Positions 13,704-26,692 of a stretch of 64,000 nt of DNA are shown in pieces (position 1 is the stretch's first letter; each line of letters opens with the position of its first letter). The position numbers were made by a program, and so were the translations under genes. The notes beneath the pieces are model-generated. The model ran no database searches and was not told the origin of the DNA. It saw only the letters and a program-made list of their open reading frames with translations. Source of the stretch: Toensbergia leucococca (Eukaryota); contig JALDZS010000030.1 of the NCBI GenBank assembly GCA_022813965.1, positions 62,001 through 126,000 on the forward strand, written 5' to 3'.

Positions 13704-14726
13704 ATGAAGTCTTTTCTCCATATATGCGTGCTCGGATTCGTCGCCCTTTCTTCAGCGCAAAGCCTCGATGATCTACCGGACTGCGCTGTGAGTCCTCAAA
13801 TCTTTCACATGTTCCCCTTCACCTACTTACGTCTATGCCCGATTTCTCGCTGAGATTTGCAATAGAAAACCTGTGTTGGCTCGCTACCTCCCAACTGCGC
13901 CCAGGTTGATATCAAATGTATCTGCTCGAGTTCCAGCTGGATAGCCAACCTGTCTTGCTGCGTCGCTGACAAGTGTCCGACTGCTGACCAGCAGAGTGAG
14001 TGGTTCTGAGCGTGTGCCTCTACAACTATGAGCTAATCATCCCCTGCAGCAACTATCCAATTTGCAACCCAATTGTGTGACACGTCAGTGTTTAATCTCC
14101 TTTCTCTCTGTTGTATCTGCCTATACTGATTCACCGTGTAGTATTGGCGTAACATTGCCCCAATCAGCGACCTGTCCTGCCTCATCTGGCCCGACGTCTG
14201 CAAGCACTGGCACGTCTTCCGGCAGCACCGTTGCTCCAGGATCGAGTACCATTATATATGATTCAGGTACACCTTCAAGTACGATAATGTCGAGTACGGA
14301 TTCAGCTTCACTAGCCTCGACATCTGCAACTAGTAGCGTGTCTACATCTGCGTCCAATTCCGAATCGAGTTCAAGTTCCACTACTGCCACTTCGAGTAAG
14401 TCAGAAATTTCAGATTTGCAGCTATCTCTCTTTAATGTATCCGCGCTTCAATCGTATCTTCGCCATGCATCTCGGACACTTAATTGGTTCGGCATGGCGC
14501 ATCGTGGTTTCAGCCAGCGTGATCTTTACATATCTCCCACATGTGAGCTAATAAAGGAACGTCAGGTACTCCCACGGACACTTCATCCGCTACTTCAACG
14601 AGTACCCCATCGTCGACCACGACCGGCTCAGTAACGGCGGCCACGGCATCTGGCGCTGGGGCTGCAAGTCACCTTCCCGGCATGCAAGTCGCCGGTGCCG
14701 CTGTGGCTGCACTTGCTCTCCTGTAA
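13704..14726 (+). CDS. Secreted CFEM-domain, Ser/Thr-rich, probably GPI-anchored protein
   Basis: Signal peptide MKSFLHICVLGFVALSSAQ; spliced LPDCA-KTCVGSLPPNCAQVDIKCIC...LSCCVADKC...QLC; S/T-rich stalk; hydrophobic C-terminus VAGAAVAALALL. Confidence 0.85.
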
Positions 14727-15142
14727 GAAGCATGACTACGGTAATTGTGTGTATACATAATGGCGCAAAGCGTGGATTGAAATTTGATGTACAACGCATT
14801 CAACTGCAAGTAATATTTCGCTAGCTATCTGTATCTGATTGACAACAAGGGTACTAATCCCCAAATGGCAAGTCGTAACTGATGTCAACTAAGAGTTGCA
14901 TGTTGCCGTTCAACGATAGTGAATACCCGGTACCACCGCACCTACAGAAGATTAGTCTATTCTACTAGGTATTGCTTATTTCTTGCCTCGCAAATTGCAA
15001 TGAGCTGAACCAAAAAAAGGTAGATTTGTGGATTTACTCGAGTACTTACTACTAGCTTGGATTTGCCCCAATTTCTCTCAAGTCTCCCTCGATGCCGAAA
15101 TTAGGATAGCTATGTCCGAATTAGGAGGTCTAGTAGCATACC

Positions 15143-16148
15143 CTATCTGATAGTTGTATTTGTTACTATGCGTATCGAGATGGCGAAACATAAAATGGCA
15201 TGTCACCCCACGCTAGGGTGCCGTGGCTTGGAATTTTGATAGGGGTTGAGCCTAGAATATTGTCTCCGGATCATACCGACACTCGTACACGTGAAGGAGC
15301 CTCGGTTTTCTATTCCAGGTGCGGGGCTGATCACATTGGAGTACCTAGAATAGCAGATTAGATAATCTACCCCATCCATGACCATACCTACCTTACATAT
15401 CCGTACAACAATGTACCACCGAATCTTAGCACGATGCAACGCCATCTTCGCTAAATCGCAGCAATTATCAGCACATTTTCTCCTTATCTACCTTATTGAT
15501 GGATACGGACACCACTGACTCTCCCCCCGGGGGGTGATGAGCAGACCGCGAGGTGCTGTCGAAGCTATGGCGCACGATGATGCACATCATCCAATCTTAA
15601 GAGACGTCTAGTCAATATCGGAGGACAGCGAGGATTATGAATCCTGCAACCTATCACCGACCTGCATTCTATCCTATCGGCGAATCCAACGCCAACACCA
15701 ACCTAACTCGACTTGGCCTTGTGCCACCCACCCGCGCCAGCTGGTGCCAGGCTCTTCATGCCACCACTATTAGACTCGCCTTGCATTTGTTTCAATTCGA
15801 TCACCGCATCACTGTCGCAATCTACAACGTTTCTTTTCCTAACCTCCACGGAACCTGGACTCATCCTTTCAGCTGATGAGAAAGATAGACCGGTTGATGA
15901 CAAAGCTGACATGTAGTCCTTGATGGTCATTGCCAACAGCACAAAATTATTACCTCAGCCAAGTAGGGTAGTATTCCCGCCTCAGCAACATTCGCCCTCT
16001 TCGAAAAGCCCGTCATACTCATGCTTCAGAAACGAATTAAAACGAGGACTAGCAGACCTTTCCCTCAAGCCAAGCGTTGCCCATATTGGATACCTTGTGC
16101 TTCTCTGAATCCTGGACACGGAACCCTTCCCTCATACCGCTACTATCA
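15143..16148. promoter_or_regulatory. Cluster of HGATAR (AreA/Nit2-type) sites upstream of the amino-acid permease
   Basis: HGATAR on either strand at 15143, 15148, 15360, 15465, 15484, 15651, 15883 and 16143; consistent with nitrogen regulation of permeases, modest enrichment only. Confidence 0.4.
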
Positions 16149-16150
16149 AT

Positions 16151-18015
16151 ATGGACGAAATGATCGAAAAACCATATGACACTTTACCCAGTTACTCTCC
16201 AGACTCTGGGTCCGGCATGTTTGGAGAAGGCGTAGAAGTGAAGCCAACCTTTCGACAAAGGATCTGGGACAGCTTCAAACGGAATCCTAATTCATATGCC
16301 ACACCGAAGGCTGCCCATGCTGGAAGCAACGCTTTTGACGTCGAAACTGCCGCGCAGGCGACTGCCGATACTCGTTTGCTGCGGAGGCTTAAGGGTAGAC
16401 ATCTTCAAATGATAGCCATTGGGGGCTCTATTGGTAGGAGGAATGCGATCTGAATAGCGCTGATCAATGTGCTGATGTGCACAGGTACTGGCCTTTTTGT
16501 TGGATCCGGCAAGGCTCTAGCCGACGGTGGTCCAGCGTCACTATTACTCTCCTTTTCAATAATTGGTGCCATGATATTTTGTACTGTTCAAGCATTAGGG
16601 GAGTTGGCTGTCATATTTCCCGTGTCCGGTTCCTTCTCCGCTTATTCGACTCGCTTCATCGACCCTGCATGGGGATTTGCAATGGGATGGAACTATGCCA
16701 TGATGTGGCTCGTGATATTGCCTCTGGAAATTGTTGCTGCAGCAATCACGATCGACTACTGGGGCTCTCGAGTCTCAAATGCCGCGTGGGTCGCAATTTA
16801 CCTGTTGGTTATCTTTGGTATCAATTTGTTCGGTGTCAGAGGTTATGGTGAAGGCGAATTTGTGTTTTCAATCATCAAGGTTATTGCTGTGGTTGGGTTC
16901 ATGTCAGTCAATTTCTCGAGGGCTATGACGATCAGAGCTAACAGACATATAGAATACTTGGTATCATTCTTGATATTGGTGGCGGACCCGGTGGTAGTTA
17001 TATTGGAGGCAAGCTATGGATCAACCCCGGTGCCTTCAATAATGGCTTCAGAGGCCTCTGCTCTTGCTTTGTCACCGCCGCTTTTGCTTTTGGTGGAACT
17101 GAGCTTGTTGGTCTTGCCGCGGCGGAAACCGTCAACCCTCGAAAGTCTCTCCCTACAGCCGTGAAGCAGGTCTTTTGGCGCATATGTCTCTTTTACATTG
17201 TCTCGTTGCTTCTAGTTGGTTTACTCGTCAAATACACGGACCCTCGACTCCTTAGCGCCACAGGCAGCTCAGATGCCAAAGCCTCACCTTTCGTCATTGC
17301 CATTTCAAATGCCGGCCTCTACGGTCTCGATTCCGTGATGAACGTCATCATCATGATCTCCGTTCTCTCGGTCGGCAATTCGTCCGTCTACGGCTCTTCG
17401 CGTACCCTGGTTGCTCTCGCCGAGCAACGCCAGGCGCCTGCATGCTTTGGTTACATCGACCGCAGAGGTCGTCCCATCATCGCTATTCTCTTTGCATTCA
17501 CATTAGGGCTGTTGGCCTTCCTTGCCGCTTCTAGCCAAGAAAATACTGTCTTTGTATGGATGCAGGCCCTCAGTGGATTGAGCTCAATCTTCACTTGGAT
17601 GTCCATCTGTCTGGCTCACATTCGCTTTAGGCGCGCATGGCGGATCCAAGGTCACACCCTAGATGAACTTGCCTTTCGCTCCCAAGCCGGTATCGTCGGC
17701 TCCTGGGTCGGCTTCATAATCAACGCGCTTGTGCTAGCCGCACAATTCTGGACAGGCTTCGCTCCCATCGGCTATCAGGGCTTGACTGTCTCCCAACGCG
17801 TGCAGAGTTTCTTTCAGGCCTACCTCGCGGCACCAATAGTGCTGGCGTTTTATTTGGCGTATAAAACATATTATCGCCCACCATTCATACGGACCTACAG
17901 CATGGATTTACATACCGGGACACGGGATTTGAATCTGCAGGTGTTGTTGGCCGAGGAGCGGCTAGAGCAGGCGACGTGGCCGAGGTGGAAAAGGGCATAC
18001 AAGGTGTTTTGTTAG
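16151..18015 (+). CDS. Amino-acid permease (APC/YAT family, GAP1-like)
   Basis: RHLQMIAIGGSIG-TGLFVGSG, GELAVIFPVSGSF, YGEGEF, FAFGGTELVGL, C-terminal FC; 2 introns. Confidence 0.93.
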
Positions 18016-18502
18016 AGCGTTTGGGGCCTTGGGTGTATGAGTTCATGATGGGCATGGATGGCGTTGGATCGGTGGGTGGAATTTATACCCTTGTGTGACG
18101 TTTTGCCGGCGCTTGGGTGAAATCTTTGGTACAGGCATAAGGGTTGGAAATTGACCTGATCACAGGTATGATGATACGGGTATATGCCTCACGTATGGGC
18201 TTGTATACATGGGTATGAGCCTTGAATATAGGCATAGTAGACGTTTCTCTGAACAAAGCCACGAGAAAACGTTCATCAACTGTATTGCTTGACGTTTTCG
18301 CGGCGTTAAATGATCAAGTCTGCCATGATCGCTGTCGCTTGGGGAAGCAACTGTGTCGCTGTGATTCATGGGGATTCTGGGATCGGCTGACTGTTTTCCC
18401 TTTGTTTGGGTTTTGGAGTTTCGTAGGAAATTTTGATCCCGTTAGATTTGTAAGACATTTTTCTAATCACTTGTTTTTGGCAAGTACTAAATTGAATTTC
18501 CT

Positions 18503-19744
18503 TCATGACTTGAGTGCAGCTCTTATCAACTTTTTATACCCCACCACGGCGGCTTCTAGGTCACTGGGAGACACGTGCTCGTGATCCGAGTGCGCGACTA
18601 GGATGGAGCCTGGGCCGTAGAGATAGCGTTTGTGGTCTCCAAGCAGGTTGGGGATATCGGTACCGTAATTCACGACGATGGTGTCAAAGCCTTTGGTTGG
18701 TGAGGGGAAGTTATAAGTGACTTTGGGGTATTTGTTGGGGGGGATGGAGAACTTACCTTTCACGTCGCTGTCAATGTAGACTGGCCCATAGCCGCTGGAT
18801 GGAAACTCGACTTCGAGTCTGTCGTCTATTGTTTTGATGGCATCGAGGACAATCTTTTTGGTGTGCTCGGCGCTTCCGTCCGCAATGCGGATTGCTATCT
18901 GCGCTTTTGCCGTTTCGGCGATGACGTTGCCTGCAACGCCGCCTTCCATTTTGCCGATGTTGAGGGTGCTGTTTCCGTATTTGGTGGAGCTGGGTAGGAC
19001 TAGCTTGTCTAGAGCGGCCAGGGCGGGGATGAGCATTGAATTTGCGCTTTCGCCCAGCCACGGATAGCCGCTGTGGCCTGCCTTGCCGGTGGCTTTGATC
19101 GTGAAGCCTAGATTGCCTTTGTGGCCGGAGGCGAGCTTTAATTCTGTTGGTTCGCCGAAGATGACGGTTTCCCAGTTTAAATCAAGGGAGTTTGCTTTGC
19201 GCATGCCGTCGCCACCGGTTTCTTCTCCGACGACGAAGAGGAGGGATACGTCTGCTAATTTTATTTCATTCGAGGCCAAGAGTTCGTTAAGGGCTTGAAT
19301 TTGGGTGGCTACGCTTGCTTTGGCGTCGACGCTGCCGCGGCCCCATATTTGGGAGTGGGACCGCTGGGAGTAGGGGAAGTAGGGAGGGACGGTGTCGATG
19401 TGGCTTGAGAGGAGAAGACGGGTTTTGCGGGTTTTCCCTGGATAGGCTAGGAGGTTGACTCTGGGGGTTGGATTGGATTGGGGACTTGGGGAATCGACGA
19501 GTTGGGTCTCGACGGTGTAATTGTGGGAGGTGAGGTATTGTTGGAGGTATTTGCCGACATAATTCTCGTTGCCTGTTATTGATTCGATTTTCACTAGGTC
19601 GCGGTGGAGAGAGAATAGGGGAGATTCATTGAAGGTGTGTTCGGGAAGTGCTTTGAGTGGCTGCTGGGGGCTTTTGGCCCCACTTTCAATTGTGAGGGTG
19701 GTGAGCCATAGGGTGAATTGGAGCAGGCAGTGAGTTGCCCTCAT
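18503..19744 (-). CDS. Secreted M20-family metallopeptidase/deacylase
   Basis: SSHIDTVP, GRGSVDAK, VVGEE, GEPT, AHSDHE metal-binding motifs; N-terminal signal peptide; 66-nt intron 18756-18691. Confidence 0.9.
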   Translation of the reverse strand: MRATHCLLQFTLWLTTLTIESGAKSPQQPLKALPEHTFNESPLFSLHRDLVKIESITGNENYVGKYLQQYLTSHNYTVETQLVDSPSPQSNPTPRVNLLAYPGKTRKTRLLLSSHIDTVPPYFPYSQRSHSQIWGRGSVDAKASVATQIQALNELLASNEIKLADVSLLFVVGEETGGDGMRKANSLDLNWETVIFGEPTELKLASGHKGNLGFTIKATGKAGHSGYPWLGESANSMLIPALAALDKLVLPSSTKYGNSTLNIGKMEGGVAGNVIAETAKAQIAIRIADGSAEHTKKIVLDAIKTIDDRLEVEFPSSGYGPVYIDSDVKGKFSIPPNKYPKVTYNFPSPTKGFDTIVVNYGTDIPNLLGDHKRYLYGPGSILVAHSDHEHVSPSDLEAAVVGYKKLIRAALKS

Positions 19745-20957
19745 AATCAAGTATTCGAAATATCGAGTTAGTACTGGTGTGGTGTAGAACAGCTGGACTG
19801 TGGACAGAGCACTCCAACGAGATCATTCCCTCGACTGGAGATTCAAGAGCTAGCCGAGTTGACGTATTCAAACCCAAACCCAAGCCCTACCCTAATTTGT
19901 TAATTTGTTATTTGAATGTCTTTTTAGCTTGGTTACCGAGTATCCCGTCGCAATCCAAGCCTATTGAAGTCGGTTCAAAGCGGGACCTTGAATAGAGTAC
20001 TGTCATGATTCATGTTGAATTTGGATTTCGCTCAGAGGCCTCCTATTCTATTGGTAGAAGACTTTTGTTCAACGGTGATGTGCAATGTCATAAAGTAGGT
20101 ATGAACACCTCGGTTCGCTCTAGTTCTATACGAGGCGAAATGGGGGTCGAGGGGTGTGTATTTCAATGGATGCGCTTCCTCTGAGATTCCATACGAAGGG
20201 AGACGATTCCATTTCACTATATCCGTACTCCGTACCTGACGATCTAAGTTGTATCTCTTGGCATGGAGCTCGAACCAGAAAAGGAGCACGGTTCGGCCAT
20301 TTGCTTTTTCCTTGGCCTGCACCTATATTTGGACCCTGCAGGACTTTAGCTAGAATACTTCATTTTCACCACCATTTTCCAATCACCCTGAGCCATGCCT
20401 GCCTGTTTACCACATCGAGTAGGACGACAAAGCGTCCATTAACATATCAACTTTCTACCTTCAATATCATTGAACAATCACCGCTTCTTCATCCACGGCA
20501 CAATATCTCAACGAGTCCCATCACGAAGCAACGTTTTCATTTCCTCGGGGCGGCAAGGATCATCACCAACACATCAACATTGCTCAATCTGTACATACTG
20601 TGCGTATGATATCACCTAAAGATGAGCCGCGTTTCAACTACCTGTCGTGTCAAGGCCCGCTGCTGATCGGATATGTACATCTTGCAGGAAGCCGTTTCAT
20701 TGGCCATGCGATATCGCTCCTGAATCTTCACTCTGGCCGAACCCAAAACACGTAAACCTACAACCTAAGCGATTCATACTCTATCAAATGAAGTAAAATA
20801 TTAATTGACAACCAGAGAGAGCATTTCGGAGTCCTCGAAGTTCTGTGCTCGACCAGGTCTGGCATCGCGCACCATAACAAGCCTTGTCCCTATCTCCCCT
20901 ATGGATAGCTTGTCTTGGTCCTGAAGCAACAGCCGGGTAGCTTGAAGATTTTTCTCT

Positions 20958-23900
20958 ATGCCGATTAAAATACCAAAAGGTTTTCCACGCCGGAAGACTT
21001 CCGGAAATGCTCTCGAAGAACTTGTCAACCCTCCGGAACCATCCTTTCGTGTCCTTGAGCGTCCGGGTAGTAAATCATTTGATGGACAGGGGTCATTGAA
21101 GCGCCTGAGCCAGGCACGACCCTCGAGTGTGGATGATAACATTTTCAAGGATGGTAGATCTCATCCTAGCCCTATCTTGAGTAATCGGTAAGTAACAGAT
21201 GGTCATGCCATAGCCCAAACGGTACTAATAAGAAAGTAGTGGCAGTGGAGGAACTCATAATTCATCTTCTAGCGGAGGCATATGCGACACCTCATCATCT
21301 TCGGCTCGCTTCAGTTCCTCTTCAACATTGCCTTCGTTACCTGATGGTTCGCCTGACAAAACATCTCTCGAGAAACCCAAAACTCCATGTAACCTCCCTA
21401 TTTCCCCCATTCCCGAGTCGCACCCTGCTTTTTCACTCCGAGCTGCCAGTAAAACCTTCTCGTTTGGCAGGAAGACTACGCCATCAACGTCAACATCTGG
21501 ATCTGCGGCTCGATCTAGCATTGTCTATACAGAGCCTCATGATAACGGTCATGCAATAAGAGAGCCGGCTGGTCGAATCACTACGAGAGAACGAGCTTTA
21601 ACTGCTAGTAGCTATGCCAGTGGGAGCACTGCCACACCTCCGAGACTCCTGGATACAGATCTCAATTTTGAAGAGGACCTTGACGGATTTGGAGACATGT
21701 TCGAAGGGCTTGACAAAAAGAGAAACCAAACGCCAGCGGAACAGGGAGGTTTTGGAACAATGAAAACCACCAGCCCGGTAAGTTGGCTTTGCCTATGCAA
21801 GCCAGTGGCGACAGTGAACGATGTGCTAAAGCCTTCGACAGAAAACCATGTCTCCGGCCGCCTCCATCATACCTGAGAGATTCCCTTTGGGCGAACACTC
21901 TCCGCATCGACCTCCCTCCATCCATGTTGACCATTACCGAGAGGGGGATTTTTCAACGTATCCTTGGGGTGGTCGTGGCTCACGTGACAATTTAATGTCT
22001 TCTTCCAGTCCGCATAAAGAACAGGCCGCTTTCCCTTACCATGGAAATCTACCACGGGCGCCGCAGCACAGCAAGGGTCTTACAACGTCACAACCAAGTC
22101 CCGTGCCTCACGTAGCTACTTCTTTGAGCCACGCTTTACCAGAAAAGCCTCTGCCTCCGGGGGGGTCAAGTCTTAGGAGGAAGAGTTTATACAGCTCGCC
22201 GAGAGCTGCAACCCCTCTGGAAGACGAGGACGCCAGACTTGTTATGGATTCTGTCAGTGCAAGTCGAAGATTGAATCGCCGATCAGGTGCTTCGGCAACA
22301 AGTCCCCAACCGTTACTTGATAACCCATATGATGAAGACGACGACGGCGATGTTAGTAATTATCGCTTACCCTTCAACAACTCATCAAACCCACCATACA
22401 CAGCTTTACGTGGCGATAGTCCTCAGCAGAACGTGGTGACGAGGGAACCTCAACGTTCCCCTGGAGGCTCATCCGACATCGATTACGAGGATCTTCCGAG
22501 TAATTTGAATTGGACATTGGGATCGACAGAGACCACACCCCGGCCGAAGAAGTTTGATATGGCACGGCAGGATGAGCATTCACTTTTTGACCCACCTCTT
22601 CCACCCACGAGGAAAGCGGCACATCAGCTGGAGCGCGAATGCTCGCCTACCAAGAAAAGCTCCCAGACTAAAGTAATGACCCCTGCCCAGTTTGAGAAAT
22701 ATCGAAAGGAGCAGGAGATGTCAAACTTGAAAAGCAGCGCAGTGTCGAGTGAGCCTTCTGATGATGGCTCTGAAAACGGCGATGACGACGATGAGGAGGA
22801 GCGTAACAAGCAGCTCGCCATTCAAAGGCGGAAACAAGAAGCTCACCTAGCGGTGTATCGACAGCAAATGATGAAAGTAACAGGAGAGCAACCTTCTGAT
22901 CTACCCAGCAATGCGAACTCGAGACCCACTCTCGACCGTGCAGCCATGAGCTCACCAAATTTGTCCAATCGCGTCTCTACTAATTTCAATTTGAACACCG
23001 AAAAGCCAACCCAACAAGGTAAGACGAGCGATGATGAGGACGAGGATGTACCGTTAGGGATCCTAGCAGCCCATGGGTTCCCTACTAAGAATAGGCCCCC
23101 CGGGTCAAGCACCCCAGGGTCGAGTTCACATATCCGATACACCAGTGAGACATACCCACCACCTCCCGCTTCTGTGGCTGGTGGATCTACAATTGGTGGG
23201 CCTCGTGGCAATCTCCCACCCTTTGCAAAAAATTTGCCTCAAGATCCATACTTTGGCGCAGGCTTGGTTAACCCTTCTAACCGCGAATCCCTTTCGTTTG
23301 GTAACAGCAATACCGGTTCTGTCTACGGCGGATCACAGCCGAAATTGCCTCCGGGTGGTCTCGTTGGCGTTATCGCTGGCGAAGAACACGCTAGAGCCTT
23401 ACGGAGAGGAAGTCCCAATGCTTCAGGTGGCTATAGTTCTCCTATGCCCAATGGCCATATGCCTCAGATGCCCATGGGAGTCATGGGGATGCCACCTGGA
23501 GTACCAATCATGTCTCCAGGCGAAGAAGCACAACTTCAAATGTCGCAGCAAATGACTCAGATGATGCAAATGCAAATGCAGTGGATGCAGCAAATGATGG
23601 CCTTGCAAAACGGCCAGTCCGGCCAACAGCTTCAGGAAAATCATCAGCAACAGATGATGAGTAATGGATTCCTGCCTCCTCCACAACAGTTGCAAAGACC
23701 GATATCAATGATGGGGAGTCCTGCGCCTGCCACGCCAGGACTCTTACAGGTGAATCAGCGCTCAATGAGTATGATGGATCCAAGCATGGCTTCACAGTGG
23801 TCGCAAATTGGAAATCGAGCCTCCATGGGACCGACTATGATGAGTGGCGCTCTTCCAACCCCAGGATACACTCCCTCTATTGCTCCATCCGAAAGGAGCA

Positions 23901-24178
23901 ACGTGGGAATGCCAACAAGATATAGACCCGTCTCCGTTGCCGCAGCCGATGAACACATGAACAAAAGCTCGAGGGCGTCAACATTTACAGTAGGAACGTC
24001 GCAGGGATGGAGTCAAAAGCAGGGAACAGCGTCGGCGACTGTGAAGATGGTCAACCCACCGTCGAGAAAGAAGGGCACGAATGTAAGCGATGACGATGAT
24101 GAGAAGGGATGGGAGGAGATGAAGAAGAAGCGCGAGAAGAAGAAGAGCACGTGGAAACTGAAGAGGACTGGGGTGTAG
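20958..24178 (+). CDS. Large low-complexity fungal protein of unknown function
   Basis: Three long ORFs linked by GT-AG introns near 21189 and 21778; charged coiled-coil (QRRKQEAHLAVYRQQMMK), Q/M-rich block, basic C-terminus. Confidence 0.8.
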
Positions 24179-25260
24179 GAAACATTCATTTTTGCGCTTA
24201 AATGGCTAGACGCACTCGTGTCATCTCTGTCTGATGCGGCTTCGTGCGACCGGGGGAGAATGAGACCCTGCTGCCTGCATTGCGCATGGTGCGTGATGCA
24301 CGGTGCATTGATACCGCAAAAGACCCATCCTAGAAGAGACTCACCGTGGCTGGCTTTGGCATTTCTGCCAGGTATTATATTTTTTTCTGGGGACCAGGAG
24401 GATTTGGCATTTTTGCTCTATGCTGCTCGAGTTCGTTATAGCCTGCATTGGGAAGGAGCGATAATACGTTAATGGTTGGTTGGCTGCAAATTCTTAGGGG
24501 GCAGGCAGGAAGAAGGAACTGTCTGGGTACTCATAGCACGAATGGGTAAGTGCGATTTGGAAAAAGTAGCGGGAAGAGAATCGCGCGGTTCATAGAGATG
24601 TGGAGTCGTATAAATGTAAAAGATCTCTTACATGAGAGATGTTGGGGGGGCTTTCGCGATGATGGTGCCAATTGCGATTGTGATTAGGGGGGATTGAGTT
24701 CTCCTGGGATTTTGAATCAATCTGGTTCTGTTTGGTATTTTGTGATATCTGTGTCTCTTTTGTTTGTCCCATGATGGAAGACTAACTGTGACTTACCGCA
24801 ACATCGTGAAATCCAAATCATCAATTCATCAACATCACATCTCAATGTAGGTATACTGTAATAATGTTCAATTCTCAACATCATTGTTGAGATAGAACAG
24901 AGTTGATGATGATTGATTTTATAGCTAAGAAGGAGAACTGCTACATATCGGGCGCTCACTGAGCATAAGGGCTAAAGAAGTGCAATTTCTCAACACTCCC
25001 TCTCACTTTGAAAGCTCATGCCTTCAGTCTCTGCGCGTAGTCTTTTCTTCTCAACTTTCTCTAAATTCATGTCTTTGTGTTCATTCTTGTAGCTTCCTTC
25101 CAACAGTAGATATATATCTTCATTCATTCATACATGCGTGAGTGAAAAACTGAAAGAGATGCTAGAGACGCATTGTCTTGCCTACTGCGTAGAACTTCTG
25201 TTGCTGTGTAAAATTTTTAATGACTATCTCACCCCCTTTCTATTGCTGTGACTCATTGCA

Positions 25261-25430
25261 GTGCTGTGATTGCAGTGCTGAATCTATTGCGGTGCTGAAT
25301 CTATTGCGGTGCTGAATCTATTGCGGTGCTGAATCTATTGCGGTGCTGAATTCCATGCGGTGCTGTATCTGATGCGGAGCTGAGTGTGATGCTTTGCTGA
25401 ATCTATCACTTTGCTGAATCCATCACTTTG
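25261..25430. repeat. 17-nt tandem minisatellite (GTGCTGAATCTATTGCG)
   Basis: Four perfect copies at 25275-25342 plus about 5 degenerate copies downstream. Confidence 0.9.
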
Positions 25431-25963
25431 TAGGGCTTTCAATGTGCCTGCAGATAGCAGAGCTTTCAGAGGACGGGGCCAGCGTCAATGATCTCAAGTA
25501 CTTCAAGTACACGTCACAATATCTAGTGTTGTGAGTGATGATATTGAAGAAATCTATCTGCAAAATCTGAAAATCAAGATTCAAGTTTTGCGATTTTGCG
25601 ATGTTGCGGTGAGTAACAGTTAGGCTTCCCTACCCATGATCCATTTGTCCCCATGTTCCATTTCCCCCTATTTCTCTCCGGGGCGAAAATCAAATCCTAC
25701 CTCTTTCCTCGCATCATTCAACAATTTGTGGAGTACGCAACCTCCCCTTTGCTCGGAGAGTGTTTGGAGATGAACTCATCTTTCCCCTGTTTTGTAGGAT
25801 CGAATTTTACGGATACCTTTATTCGATGTTGGTCTTTGGCTTTGGTCTTTTTTGATTCTTGGGGGTTTTTTTTCTTATTTTTTTTTTGGTGAGGGGTGGG
25901 GGTTGGGGGTAAAATTTAGGAATATGAAGGATTCAACATGTGTGTGGTAGCGATGAGTTACCT

Positions 25964-25973
<10 letters not shown>

Positions 25974-25995
<22 letters not shown>
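25974..25995. repeat. (AT)n microsatellite
   Basis: About 11 AT units; a shorter run lies at about 852-864. Confidence 0.9.
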
Positions 25996-26692
25996 TTTAT
26001 GAAAGAGGGATAAGTATTGCTGTGCCACGAAGCAGGCGAGGGAGGGAGAATGATGAAGAAAGCGGGAAAGGGGGTGGGGAGGTTGGGTTGTTGGAGATGT
26101 GGCTTTTGGGTAGGGCTTTCGTGGAGGAGCAGGTTGAGGAGGATGAAGACTGGGAGCTGAGAGAGGAAGAGAGAGTAGATGGGTGTGGGGGCGTTGAGAT
26201 GCGGTAGTGGACGGCGGGATGGGGCTTGCGTTTGTTTGAGACGCACTCGAGGTGGAGGCCATGGCGGTGATGAAAGCGATCAAAAACAAGGGATGCAGAC
26301 TGCCGAGCAAAGGAGTCTAGATTTGATTGGAATAGCACCGCACAAAGTTGGTAGATAAATCATTCTAAAAAGTTGCAAACCCACATCTCGAGCGTACACG
26401 TACAAAGTGAAGTTCAATCAACGTCTCCCAAGAAGAAGCAAAAAGCCAGGGGAAAAAAAAACTTAGGACGCCATGCCATCCATATATGCGACCCAGAACC
26501 CGCCAAAAAGTCCCCAAACAAAGGACTCGTATCATCTTCAATAAAACATAAGTGGGAATCATAACCTCTACCAACCAACAATGAACGCCGACCTCTTGAC
26601 CTAAGAAAACCCCACCCTTCTGGCTAGCGAAAAATATACAAGAGAATCAAACAAACACCGTCACGGGCGGTTGGGAGGGTTTCGAAAAGATG

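Noticed and set aside
15871..15890. CTGATGA-GAAA as a hammerhead ribozyme core
   Set aside because: No stem II between the motifs and no flanking stems found.
964..19744. Transcription factor, transporters, peroxidase and peptidase as a biosynthetic gene cluster
   Set aside because: No PKS, NRPS, terpene synthase or RiPP core gene; CCP1 is a housekeeping mitochondrial enzyme.
25536..25570. GTGATGA...CTGA as a C/D box snoRNA
   Set aside because: Too short (about 35 nt), no terminal stem, and within degenerate sequence.
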